64,000 bases of DNA from contig NC_068985.1 in NCBI RefSeq assembly GCF_001194135.2, positions 65,267,233 to 65,331,232 on the forward strand. The letters are read 5' to 3'. The translations under genes were made by a program, and so were the position numbers. Positions 12,440 through 25,274 of this stretch are shown in pieces. This DNA comes from Octopus bimaculoides. Taxonomy: Eukaryota. How positions within the stretch are numbered: position 1 is the stretch's first letter; the number at the start of each line of letters is the position of its first letter. The notes beneath the pieces were generated by a model, which was given only the letters and a program-made list of their open reading frames with translations, was not told the DNA's origin and did not search any database.

Positions 12440-12640
12440 GTTAACTTTCTTACTTCTCTTTCCGATATGGCTGTGACAGATTCCAGTTTGACACAGAAAA
12501 TGAAAAGCATGCTTAAACCACCAATCAATCATTGCCAACATCTTCAATATGACTGTGTCCTTTGTGTTCAGTATCAGGAAATAGCTACTGAGGAACTGTC
12601 ATTTGTGGCCAAAGGAAAAAATATTTTCAGTGGTCAAATG
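12440..12640 (+). pseudogene. Buster-type hAT transposase fragment
   Basis: VLCVQYQEIATEELSFVAKGKNIF resembles the hAT LLxFVRY..EExLF..GxxIF block; highly decayed. Confidence 0.4.
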
Positions 12641-14769
12641 TTATTAGGATAGCTGAGTTCACCCAGCAGGTCCAGAACGTTAACAATGCCAGTCTTAGGG
12701 TGCTGCACAAAGACATCAGATTCAATTTTTTGAAGACTAGCAAAACCCAGGAGGGGTGTGGTGGGTTGCATGTGTAGGGTCCACTTAGCATGCAGTTATT
12801 TTAGTGGCTGCATCATATTTTAGTTATTTTAGTGATGGCATATTTTGGGGTCAAGATTGGGCTGAGGGTGATTTGTTGAACGATTTGTTTCTCTGGTGTA
12901 TCCAACTAAATGGATCTGCCATTTTTGCAAGGGGAATATGTTGTTTTTCTCTTTGGTGTCTTTCTTTTTCCTTGTGTTTATGCCCCTTAAACAAGTCTGA
13001 CTTAGACAAAACACTGCTCATCTAGTATGAGATATAGAATAGGTGATATATTATGAGTTATATTTATACTCGTAATGTTATATATGTATTCTTGTTTGAG
13101 CATGTGGCTAACTTCAAGTTCACACGATTGAAAAGACCCAATAAGGCCAAAATGCATCTGATATTCTGACCAGATTGCCAAATGCACTTGTCCTAATAGT
13201 GGCTGGCAAGAATGCTCTCTAAGTAACAGGCCAGCTTTCTGTCACTTATTTTATCTATTTAATTTACTATTGTATCTTTAGCTTACATTTATTTACATTT
13301 ATCTCATCTTATACCCTTACAAACTAGCAATTCCATACACACAATATATGCATTCATTTCTATCCTTCCAACACTAATCAATGTCCAGTCTACTCAATTC
13401 CATCTGCTATATTTCATTTCGTTGGTTACCCACTACCAAAATCCATTTACTACTCAAGATATACTATGTTGCTTCAGCTGTACTTTCTGACAACTACTGA
13501 AGTTTCTCTCTAAATTACATTATGATATAAGAAATATTACATTATTTATGCTCACATGAATGTCATATATTTTTTCCATAACAGTATTTTCTATTTGATA
13601 TTTTATGACAACCATTGATTAATACACCCCATTTGCAGCTTAGAGATTAATTGCCAGTATAGTTCATAGGGGTTACTGAAAAATCATACTGGCCAGAGAA
13701 CATAATAAATGATGAAGAGACTGAAAAAAACTAACCAGGTTGTAAAAAATTGAAATGTTTTAACTATTTTTTATAATCCTTTATTTTTATTTTGCTATTT
13801 TTATTTTATTTTATTTCTCTTGACACATTTCATCCACTCTTTGGTAAAAGTCATCTTCAATTCCTTCATATTTCTACTTTAGGTTTTTTTTTATTTATTT
13901 AACTGCAACTATCACTCAAGTAAGATTAGTTTTTCTTTTCTGTTAACACTATGAAGACAACTCGAAGACAACCATGGCTCTTTTACTGATATTGTTGCTG
14001 GTGGTTTTATTGCAATATTACTTATATGTTTGTGTTTGCATCTCCCGGAATCTGATAATGTGATTGGTGTGAAGTAATGTACATTGTATACCCAGAGTAT
14101 TCAGTAAAATCTAACAGCAATTAAACATATTCCACCCAGTGAAGTGCCCACATACAACTGATGCTGAAAAATATTCAACTATGTAGTAATTATAAAGAAT
14201 GACCTTTTATAATGATAAAAAAAACTTAGCAACTTAAAGCTGATGTATGATGCAGAAACAAATGTTGTGACCTACTATTAAAGTGTGACATCCTCCATCC
14301 TTATGTTATATTGTTTTTGTATTATTCTTATGCAAAGAGGAGTGTCACATGTGTATCCAGTCCAGGAATATAGCCTACTGTAAGATAACATGTGAGAGCC
14401 AAATAACAACATAAGGGCTCTGAATGCACACTACAAGGTTTCTACCCAAATTATATTGTTGCTGGTGGTATTATTGCAATATGTATGTGTGTGTGAATGT
14501 CTGCAGTATATACGCATATAATTCATATGTAATTTCACCCTAGTTTGGAATCAAGTATTCTCTCCCCCACCCCCTCTCTCTCTCTCAGCTGTGTACATGT
14601 GTACATTTAATGAAATTCTCAGACAGAATCAGTATGACACAGTGTGAAAAGGCTGGACTTCAAATTACAGGTCAATCCATTTGATAGAGTTCTACACAGT
14701 TTCCAGCTACCCAATTTTACACTGTAGGGCTGGGTCAATCCAATTTATATTGCTTACAAAAATGGTCAA

Positions 14770-15260
14770 CTTTATTATACAAAGTTCATTCTGAAATGTA
14801 TAAAAAAATTGTGAAGTAATCTGAACAAAGAACTCAGAAATCTCTTAGTATATACAGAAATTTGGTTGCTAGGTAGGAAAAGAGTCCTAAATTGAGTGTT
14901 TGAGTCATAAGCTAAATTACAGGAATACTTTCAAGAAAACAACAATAAGCTGAAAATGAAAATGATTTCAGAAATTAGCTGAAAAACAAATCAGCTGAAC
15001 AATTCAAATAAAGGCCATGGAGAAAATGTATTGACTTCAAATGACAAAATTCTTAGATTTAAAAGACGGTTCATTCTTTGGAAAAATCATGCTGCAAAAG
15101 GAAATTTTGAAATGTTTCAACTACTGCTAAGGCTTAGGACTGAAGAAGAATACCAGCTACTGCAAGTCTTATTGAAACCTACCTGGAAGAACTTGTGATC
15201 AACATTAAACATTATTATCTCTCCATTCTCTCTCATCTAAAGTGTATAAAACAAGGGGTC
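14770..15260 (+). pseudogene. Buster/ZBED-type hAT transposase fragment
   Basis: LLVYTEI.WL.GR.RVL (cf. HTEVRWLSRGKVL) and GHGENVLTSNDKILRFKRRFILWKNHAAKGNFEMF. Confidence 0.65.
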
Positions 15261-15869
15261 CATACTTTGTCTTTTCTACTCAGACTGAGAACTTGACTTT
15301 AAGGGAAGAGGAAGAATTAAAAACACACACACAATGACATTTTCTTGACTTACCATTAAAAAAAAAGAGTAACCGGATTCTTTTTTTTTTTTTTTTAGCA
15401 AATATCAAGACCAAAAATAGAAATCATCTCCTCTAATTTGAAGATGTAATCTCTGTGTGCTAATCTCTGTGTTTGACACCGAATTAAGTATTTGGTTACC
15501 AAAAGACAAACGCAGGTTTCTCATTGGAGAAGCAAATTTCTTTATTTACATTGCCTTTAAAAATTATATTTGCCTGTTATGTATGACATACTGTCTTGAT
15601 TTATCATATGCATTTTTTACCATTATGTTCAAAGTTATTTTAATAGTTATTAACTGATCTCATATTTTTGCATATATTACATAGAATGTTGGTTATTTAT
15701 GTTTATCTTTTTTGAGGTCTCTTGAACAACAATTTGATTTCTGTTATTTCTTTACCTTTTGAAATTTTACTTTATGAAAGAGAAAGAAAAAGAGAAATAA
15801 AGATAAAAAATTTTATGTAGAAATTCCAGGTGTGGAAGCAAAACTAGGAAAGGTGTAGGCAGAAACTCC

Positions 15870-16194
15870 ATACAGTGTACCCAGTATAAGCTATGGGCAC
15901 ACCATCAGAGGAGATAGTTTTCGTACGTGGAAGATGCAAAAGATCCATAAAAACTTTAGAAACTCAGGAAATTGATTTACTCAATTCCCTGTGGTTCATT
16001 AGAGGCAGTAGATAATTTCTGCTACCTAAGGGACCAAACTAAGTAGTGGGGGGCGGATTCACAGAGAGTGTGATAGCTAGAATAAGAATAGGATGGAGGA
16101 AATTCAATGAGCTGTTAGCTTTGTTGACCATGAAAGATTGCTCTCTCTGAGTGAAAGGAAGATTGTATGGTGCATGTATATGGACAGCAATTCT
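15870..16194 (+). mobile_element. RTE LINE RT C-terminal fragment, left half of a split copy
   Basis: LEAVDNFCYL...GGFTESVIARIRIGWRKFNELL; the sequence resumes at 21109. Confidence 0.8.
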
Positions 16195-16538
16195 GGTCAA
16201 ATTAAAGCGTTTGACCCGGTGACAAAAATTTAAAAAATTAGTCTAATAGGTGTAAAACAACTTGCTGGGAACGAATACGAAGAAAAAAATGTGCGTGAAT
16301 GTTCCGAGACGCCTCACAGGAGCCAAGAAACAAAAGTAAAATAGTGTAATAGATGTAAAACGACTTGTTGTGAACGAATATGAAAAAAAAATGTGCGCTT
16401 GCGATCAGTGGGGTAGGGAGAGGACTCGGAACATTCACATCATCACACATCGTCAGTCCATGGTCTCTAAACTATAGTGTTTGACCCGAGCTCAAAGACA
16501 AAAAATAATTAGTGTAATAGGTGTAAAACAACTTGCTG

Positions 16539-16593
<55 letters not shown>

Positions 16594-16814
16594 ATTTCTT
16601 AATTAATATCAATTTAATACCATGGAACTAACACATTGAAAGAATCGCGATTCAGAAAAATTATCTGAGATCTCAAAGGATTATTGTATATGTTTATATA
16701 TAAAGGAGATCACTAGGTGGACAGCTAATGTGCTAGAAGAATGTGATCTTCTTCTAGCACATTAGCCGTCCACCTAGTGGTCTTCTTTATATATACATAT
16801 ATGTATGTATGTAA

Positions 16815-19800
16815 ATAATAATAATAAATGGAGCAAAACGCATATAATCAATAAGTTCCTTTAATTCCTACACATGTTTCAAAATTATATGCACTCTACT
16901 CCAAAGGAGTAAGAGATGTTGGTTTATACATATGATTTTATCATCAGGGAACCATTTTACAAATGCAAGACTTGTGCTGAATGCTAAGATTATGTACAAG
17001 GAATAACATTATATAGCTAAATTAAATGACCGTTAGTTACAAAAATGCTAGTTTACAGGGAGCTGTTTTGGGAGAGAGGCTATGAACGCTATACTAAGAG
17101 TTTAAATTAAAAGAAGACATAATGAACTGCAGAAAATTCTTAAAATTAATAATAATGGTTATAAAAAAATTTTTTGTAAGTAGAAGGAGAAAGGGAGAGA
17201 ATCCAATAGATTTGTGTAAAGAGTGAATTTTCATATTCGTAAATAAACGTTTAGAAGGAAGGAAATCAAAGATGGATAGTAAATATAGGTAACCAATTAA
17301 TGTTGTATCATATTAAGTTATGGTAATTAACCTAAATAAATGGCAATACAAGGTACAAAACTATAAAGTAATGAAATAATAAAAGAATACATAATGTAGG
17401 TAAATGTATATGCAAAAATACCTATTTGATGTAATATTGTAAATCATGATAAACTAACGTATTATATCCCGCCAGAGAAAAACGTGCTTCTTATATATTA
17501 CTATATAGCATAGAGGTATATTAATGAAAAACGGGAGTGAATATTGGACATAGCATAGAAGAAAGTACGATTAGAAAGATATCTTAGAATATTCTAATAG
17601 ATAAGGAAAGAAGTGAAATAAAGCTTGATTCGAGAAAGTTGAACGAAGGGGAATAGGCATGAAATTTATTTTGCAAAATTACTTACAATAGCAAGAACTT
17701 TAGTATATACATAAAGATATGTGTGAACTATATAAATATGACTATATCTGGAGTAAAAGAAAAACTGTGCAAACTTGAGAAGTAAAGAGAGTAGAGATTA
17801 ACTTACAATGGGGGATAACCATTGATATTGTATCATATTAAGATACAGTAACTAATCCAAATAAATGGCAATACTTGATGCAATATCGTAAATTAATAAA
17901 AGAATACGCATGCAATGAATACATATTTAAAATTATGTTGGAATACTTGTCTAACTAAAACATTATATCCCGTCGGGAAAAAACGTGCTACATTGCATAT
18001 TACTTTGTAGCATTGCTACATTGCATATTACTGTGCTAATAGAAGTAGAGGTAAAAGTAGGATAGAATATTGAGATAAAGTACAAGTATCGATATATCTT
18101 AACAAAAAATATACTTATAGATAAAGAAATAAATGAATTAAATGTGGATTTAGGAGGATTTGGGGGAGATGAACGAAGGGTTGTTAGCATGAAATTTACT
18201 TTATAAACTTACTTACGATAACAAAATCGATAGTATATACGTAAATATACTTAAAACTCTATGAATATAACTTTACGGTGGTAAAACTAGCTTTACTAAC
18301 TTGAGAAGGAGAGAGAGTGGGATCAACTGGTGTTGGAGTTAGATATAATTGTTACTTTAGATAATATTATAATGTTATTGTTCTTATTATTATTATTATA
18401 AATATAAAAAATAAATTTATCATTATTACTATTATTGTTAATATTATTAATATTATTAAGGAGATGGATATGTTATAATAATATTTTCATTACTATTAAA
18501 AAATAAATAAATAAATAAATGAATGAATAAACAATTTAAAAAATAAAATAATAGAAAAAAACCTATGTGTATAGGTAGTGGGAGCAGTATCATTGAAAAA
18601 TTAAAAGAAATATTGATGTCAATGAAAACTTGATATTAAAGTTATGGTCCAGTGTGAACGATTCAGAGACGCTGCATTAACATATCTGGTTACAAAGGTG
18701 GGAAACAAAAATTACAAAGTTATAATTAACTAAAATATATTTGAGTATGATTATAAACCCACTGGATAAAAAAACTACAAAGAGAGTTGATAAGAATAAT
18801 AATAATATTAAAAGGTCTATCAAGCAATAAGGAAAAGTTGTAGGGATGGACCAAATGGGTAAATGGAGGTAACTAGATGAGATTTATTGTCTAAAGTTTA
18901 ATAAAAATAAATACAAAAAGGGGTGATAGTTCATACCACATGTAAAGTGGCTGTTAACTAGTGAGTATGTAGGTAGGTGAAAAAAATAATAACTAAAATT
19001 AGTAAAAAGGATGAAATTAATGAAACGAGCTGAAGGTGTGTTTCCTCTAATACTGGCATCTGTATGCTCTCTGTGTTATCTGGTTCACTAAATTATTCTT
19101 GGAGAACAGAATGTGGAATAGCTTCAAGTTACAGAGAGGACAAAAATCTTTACCCTTTAAGTTTCCAGATAAACTTACTAAGACTATTATATTTATTACT
19201 ATTATATTTAGTAATAAATTTATTTTGCAAAATTACTTACGATAGCAAGAACTTTAGTATATACATAAAGATATGTGTGAACTATATAAATATGACTATA
19301 TCTGGAGTAAAAAAAACTGTGCAAACTTGAGAAGTAAAGAGAGTAGAGATTAACTTACAATGGGGGATAACCATTGATATTGTATCATATTAAGATACAG
19401 TAACTAATCCAAATAAATGGCAATACTTGATGCAATATCGTAAATTAATAAAAGAATACGCATGCAATGAATACATATTTAAAATTATGTTGGAATACTT
19501 GTCTAACTAAAACGTTATATCCCGTCAGGAAAAACGTGCTACTTTGCATATTACTTTGTAGCACAGAGGTATATTAATAGAAGTAGAGGTAAAAGTAGGA
19601 TAGAATATTGAGATAAAGTACAAGTATCGATATATCTTTAAAAAAATGAATTAAACGTGGATTTAGGAGGATTTGGGGGAGATGAACGAAGGGTTGTTAG
19701 CATGAAATTTACTTTATAAACTTACTTACGATAACAAAATCAATAGTATATATGTAAATATACTTAAAACTCTATGAATATAACTTTACGGTGGTAAAAC

Positions 19801-20285
19801 TAGCTTTACTAACTTGAGAAGGAGAGAGAGTGGGATCAACTGGTGTTGGAGTTAGATATAATTGTTACTTCAGATAATATTATAATGTTATTATTGTTAT
19901 TATTATTATTATAAATATAAAAAATAAATTTATTATTATTACTATTTATTAATATTATTATTAAGGAGATACAAATCCATTGGATTCTCTCCCTTTCTCC
20001 TTCGACTTACAAGAAAAATGTTTATTACCATTATTATTAATTTTAAGAATTTTCTGCGGCTCATTATGTCTTCTTTTAATTTAAACTCTTAGTATAGCGT
20101 TCATAGCCTCTCTCCCAAAACAGCTCCCTGTAAACTAGCGTTCTTGTTACTAACGGTCATTTAACTTAGCTATATAATGTTATTCCTTGTACGTAATCTT
20201 AGCATTCAGCACAAGTATTGCATTTGTAAAATGGTTCCCTGAACTTATTGATTATATGTGTGTTGCTCCATTTATTATTATTCTT
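16815..20285 (-). mobile_element. Non-coding Penelope-type derivative with inverted terminal repeats
   Basis: 16815-17218 is the reverse complement of 19970-20285; hammerhead motif in the left arm; internal ~500-530-bp diverged tandem units and direct duplication 17662-18465 / 19217-19970. Confidence 0.6.
16863..16953 (-). ncRNA. Type I hammerhead ribozyme candidate
   Basis: GGUUCC-CUGAUGA-(U)-13-bp stem II with a distal hairpin-GAAA-CAUGUG-UA/GGAAUU; complete core and all three helices by manual pairing. Confidence 0.8.
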
Positions 20286-20434
20286 TATATCAACTAAAAA
20301 TACATCACTTTAACATGGAATTTCTACCCCTTATAATATCCCAGTTTCTGTGAGATTTTTGCTACCCTGTTAACTATTAACATATTTACAAGATAATATT
20401 AATATATACATAAATAAAAACATATGTATGTATG

Positions 20435-20475
<41 letters not shown>

Positions 20476-21108
20476 TCTTGATATTCTTTCAGAGCAAGCT
20501 GTTTTACATCTATTACACTATTTTACTTCTGTTTCTTGGCTCTGGTAAGGCCTCTCGGAACATTCACCATGTGAATGTTCCGAGCCCTCTCCCCACCCAC
20601 TGCCCATTTGCGAGCGCGCATTTTTTTCTTCATATTCGTTCCCAGAAAGTTGTTTTACACCTATTAGACTAATTTTTTAAAATTTTTGTCACCAGGTCAA
20701 ACGCTTTAGTTTGACCACCATTCTATAAAGCAGTGAGATGCGGGCCCTGAATGTGAANNNNNNNNNNAACACTATAGTTTAAAAGCCATGGACTGACGAT
20801 GTGTGACGATGTGAATGTTCTGAGTCCCCTCCCCACCCCGCCTTTCGCGAGAGCACATTTTTTTTTTTTCATATTCGTTCAGAGCAAGTCGTTTTACATC
20901 TATTACACTATTTTTCTTTTGTTTCTTGGCTCCAGTGAGGCATCTCAGAACATTCACACCGTGAATGTTCCAAGCCCTCTCCCTACGCCCCCCCCCCGTT
21001 CGCAAGCGCGCATTTTTTTCTTCATATTCATTCACAGCAAGTTGTTTTACACCTATTAGACTAATTTTTTAAAATTTTTGTCACCAGGTCAAACGCTTTA
21101 GTTTGACC

Positions 21109-21770
21109 ACCATTCTATAAAGCAGTGAGATGCGGGCCCTGAATGTGAAGGTTAGAAAGGAATGAGGCAAGTATTGCTCTGCTGGATGTATAATGTACAT
21201 GTTCAACAGAGTGCTAGTGTAAAGGAATTTGTTGCCATGTGCTCTGGTTTGGTCATGTAATGTATGGATGCCGACAGCTCCATAAAGAAGTACTGATCTC
21301 TCAAAGTAGATGAAACACATGGAAGTGGGAGACCCAGGAAGCCATGGGATGAATTACTAAAGAATGACCTCAAGATGCTGAACCTTTCAGGCAAGGTGAC
21401 AAAGGACTGAGATGCCTGGTACCTTGCTGTACTCAAGAAGACCTGTACTCTGCAGCAGAAATGTTAAGACTAGTCCCTCTGTTGGTTTAAAGCACTCATG
21501 GTGGTGCCATGTGAAAGCACCCATGTGGGTCCATGTAAAAATGCCTGTGCAATGCCATGTAAAAGCACCCATGTAGCATCATATAAAAGCATCTCTGCAG
21601 CGCCACATAAGAGCACCCAGCACACTCTGTAAAGTGATTTGTATTAGGAAGGGCATCCAGCCATTGAAACTATGCTAAATCAGACTAATCAAATCATTCA
21701 ACCCATGCCAGCATGGACAATGGACGTTAAAAGATGATGGTGATGATGATAATGATAATGATGATGATGA
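21109..21770 (+). mobile_element. RTE LINE 3' end, right half of the split copy
   Basis: Continues the RT C-terminus, GRPRKPWDE motif, 3' UTR repeats, (ATG)n tail. Confidence 0.8.
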
Positions 21771-21902
21771 TAGTTCCCTGAGATATGAAATTTATTTCAA
21801 AGGTTCCCTAAGGATAAAACAGTTGGGAAATGTTTGTCTAATCAATGGCAGTTACTCTTCGTTATGAAAGAGTATAAGTTCTTAGATAAAAGCAATCTAA
21901 AC

Positions 21903-22192
21903 CAATGCTACTCAAAGTAGTGGTCCGCGAACTTGTGCCTGTCCACAAGCCATCAGCTGCCAATATGCATCGAGTTTCCAGAAAAGAAAGAAACATTATA
22001 AAATGCTTATGTAACATTGTATTATTCGTTTACAAAATAAATATAAGATTTTAAAAATTGTCAACTTTTATTATATTCATTATATATATTGTTTCCGGTA
22101 TAAATTAAAATTACTAAGAAATATTACCGGTCCCTGGCACATTGGAAAAAATAACTGCCAGTACACCACATCAGATAATTTGAGAAGCACTG
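21903..22192. mobile_element. hAT (Buster-type) MITE
   Basis: TIRs CAATGCTACTCAAA / TTTGAGAAGCACTG; perfect 8-bp TSD ATCTAAAC with central TA. Confidence 0.85.
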
Positions 22193-22239
22193 ATCTAAAC
22201 TATTCATATAAATTGAAGTTATTGAAGTTATTCAAAGTT

Positions 22240-22560
22240 ATTGAAGAAGAGAAAGATCTAGGTGCAATCCTCAATAAGGATTCAAAGATCCTCCAAACAT
22301 TACAGTGATTGTCAAGAAAGCTTATAATAATATGACTCTTAATGATTAACAAAATACTTTTTTCTCATATTCACTTAGACCATGATTCAATATGTTATCT
22401 TCACTAGGGGACCACAATTCATCTAGCAATGAAGAAACTGAGTAAATTCTCAAATTCTATCATCCCAAACTTAAGGCACTTGATTTAGGCTTTACTGTTT
22501 CTAAGACCTTTAAAGCAAGGTGTGATAAATATGAATGAACTAGTAGCAAATTGTCACCAA
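22240..22560 (+). pseudogene. CR1/L2-group RT C-terminal fragment
   Basis: EEEKDLGAILNKD..HITVIVKKAY matches the EKDLGV..HI..KA block. Confidence 0.5.
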
Positions 22561-22884
22561 CAAACACTCTTATACTTGTGGAACAGGATTCATATTAGAT
22601 TAATCATCAAAGAAGATTATTACTGAATGAACTCATTATAAATGAGAAATATTTGAAATATTTATCTTTTCTTTCATCAATTTCAGGCTGATGAAATGAA
22701 ATTAGAAACTAAGGAAAAGAATGATGATCCAGTACTGAAATGGAAAAAAGCAAGCTTAGCTGTTAAATCTATCATTGTATAATTTGTTGAGCATTGTATA
22801 TTATAATAGTTGTTGTTGCTGTTGTTGTGAAGAATGAGCTGGAAGAATTGCTGGAATGTCAGAAAAAATGCATTGCAAGATCTC

Positions 22885-23030
22885 TTTTGGTACTTTACAT
22901 TATAAATTCATATCCTACCAAGATCAGTATTACCTTTCAGAACTGATAAAATAAAGTACCAGAGTTGACATCATTGATTCAAAACTGTTGGCCTTGTACC
23001 TAAATTAGAAATAATTATTATTGTCATCAT
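22885..23030 (+). mobile_element. SINE fragment
   Basis: Decayed GATAAAATAAAGTACCAG..GGCCTTGTACCTAAATTAGAAA module, reverse-homologous to 23330-23510. Confidence 0.45.
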
Positions 23031-23329
23031 CATCATTATTTGCATTTTCTTATTATGGAAATTTCCTCTTCTGTTGCAGATTTTTATGTTTACATTCATA
23101 TTCTCTTTTTGTACCAGTTATTTGAGTTTTATAATCATCCTTGGAATTGTCAATGTTGTTGAATAAATACATATGTTGAAAAATTTTTTTGAGTTTAATA
23201 GCTATCTCTTACACTAGTTAAAGGTCAATTTACTAATTCTTTGAATATGTTGATGTCATCTCTATTTCTGGTTTCTAGTAAAAATTTTATCTTACAACAG
23301 AAGTGCATTTCCTTCTATTTATATAGCAT

Positions 23330-23510
23330 CGATAATAATGATTTCAAATTTTGGCACAAGCCCAGCAATTTCAGATGTGGAGATAAGTCGATTACATTGA
23401 TCCCAGTACTTAATTTATCAACTCCGAAAGGATGAAAGGCAAAGTTGACCTGGGTGGAATTTGAACCCAGAACATCGCGACAATTTTTCCAGCTTGCCAC
23501 CTTAGAAGTA
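23330..23510 (-). mobile_element. tRNA-derived SINE
   Basis: Reverse strand GGTTCAAATTCCACCCAGGTCAACTTTGCCTTTCATCCTTTCGG B-box/core; homologues at 52095 and 63375. Confidence 0.7.
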
Positions 23511-23626
23511 GTAATAATAATGAAACTCAATTTTATTGGCCTGTGATCAATATTACCGCTATATTACTGATGAGATTTGAACTCAGAGTATAAAACACAT
23601 AACAGTACCACAAGACATTTTGACAG

Positions 23627-23722
23627 ATACTTTACCAATCCTCCATCTACTGCCCTACATTCTACCATTCAGACTGATACTTTACCAATCCTCCATCTAC
23701 TGCCCTACATTCTACCATTCAT
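23627..23722. repeat. Local ~50-bp tandem duplication
   Basis: GATACTTTACCAATCCTCCATCTACTGCCCTACATTCTACCATTCA occurs twice. Confidence 0.85.
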
Positions 23723-25221
23723 CACTCTTTCAATGATAATAAATTGCAATATTCTTGGTGTGTCTGCACTGGATTACTTTGATACTTGTGGCAGCCATAT
23801 TGAAAGTGATAGTCCAGACATCTGAGAAAAAAATGTTCTCTAAAGGATCCACAGGTGCATATTCCTAAGATGGGGACATGAAATGATGCATCATTATTCA
23901 TATTAACTCAAAGTCACACACTGAGTATGGGATTATTATCCTGTATTGTTAAACTATAATTTTTGTATAGCCTTTGCTGTTAGATTTTAAACATCTTGTT
24001 ATTCTCCACACACAGAATAACAAATAGATTGTCTTGACATACTTCACAATCTGTTGACACTTGTTGATAAATGAGTGCCTTGCATTCTTTTGCTCTCTAA
24101 GGAAATTTACAGCAGATTACTACTTAAATCAAACATGAACCAGAATTTAAATGTGTGTAAAAAGAATAACCAGACGTATTTACATCTGTTTACAGTTTCA
24201 GAGTGAAGACATTCAAAAGGTTTGGTTTCACCATTTTATATTTATTTCAAGGTTTTAATATATATTATGTTGTACATAAATAGTTCTTAATTAATTAGTA
24301 ACACATATGAATGCATGATATGCAATCTAGTCTAGTCATTACAGATAAGTTCTTGTTTGTATTTGATTTAAATAGTGATATATTATAAGATTTCTTTATA
24401 GGCTGAAGGATGAATGAATATTTATTGTCTGACAAGTGATAAAAGACTATGAATCATATCAAAATAATTTCCATTTTACTGTTTATAAAGAGGAAATCAA
24501 GGTGTATTTATATGCTTAGTTACCAGTGAAATTATGCACATATTGTGCATAAATACTTCTTAAAAATGATATTATATATATATATGTGTCTTCCAAAGAA
24601 CAGATTCTTTGAAACTTTTGAAACTGATATCATAAACTTGTCAATTAACAGACCACAAACATATTTGACCTTGAGTGCTGCTGTTCCTGCTATTAGGTTT
24701 CTGGGCTTGCATCTTGAGGTGGTGGTGTTGGTGGGATGACTGATGCTGAAGCTGTCTTGTCTACAAGACATTTTGATTGTCCCTTATCTTGCTCTTTTTC
24801 TATCTTCCCTGTTATATACATTGGGAATGGTTGTGAGTGTACACAAATGTATATGCGTAACTGCCCACTTAGATATAAAAAAGACAGTGCTTTATTTGCT
24901 TGTCTCCTATTATATTGTCCTAGGTTCAACCATCCTACTAATGTCTATTGATAATTTGCATATTGAGGATATGTATTGAGCACTTAACACCATTCTTTGT
25001 GTTTTTTATTAAACACTGAAGAAGTGAATAAGATTATGTAATATTTCAACATGCAGTTATGTAATCCTGGCAGTTAGTTTGGTGAATTGTATATATGATT
25101 TATAAAACATAAAATGCCATATGTGTTTTCTGTAGTTTATGAGCAACCACAATTAATGTCAGTATAATGAAAGGAAGGATAGGTGAGTGGATTTGGTTGA
25201 CGGAAACTGAAAGAAGCCCAT

Positions 25222-25254
<33 letters not shown>

Positions 25255-25274
25255 ATTTGTGTGTCTGTGTTTGT

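Larger units (their letters stand above)
16195..21108. mobile_element. Long-TIR element (MULE/foldback-like MITE) carrying nested cargo
   Basis: GGTCAAATTAAAGCGTTTGACC.. at 16195 mirrored by ..GGTCAAACGCTTTAGTTTGACC ending 21108; arms about 340 bp with ~100-bp subrepeats; interrupts a collinear RTE; superfamily uncertain. Confidence 0.7.

Noticed and set aside
20465-21150. Tandem duplicate of the TIR-RTE junction
   Set aside because: Both copies have the same flanking RTE bases and straddle a 10-N gap; likely haplotype overlap, though the TIR parts differ at many sites, so a real duplication is not excluded
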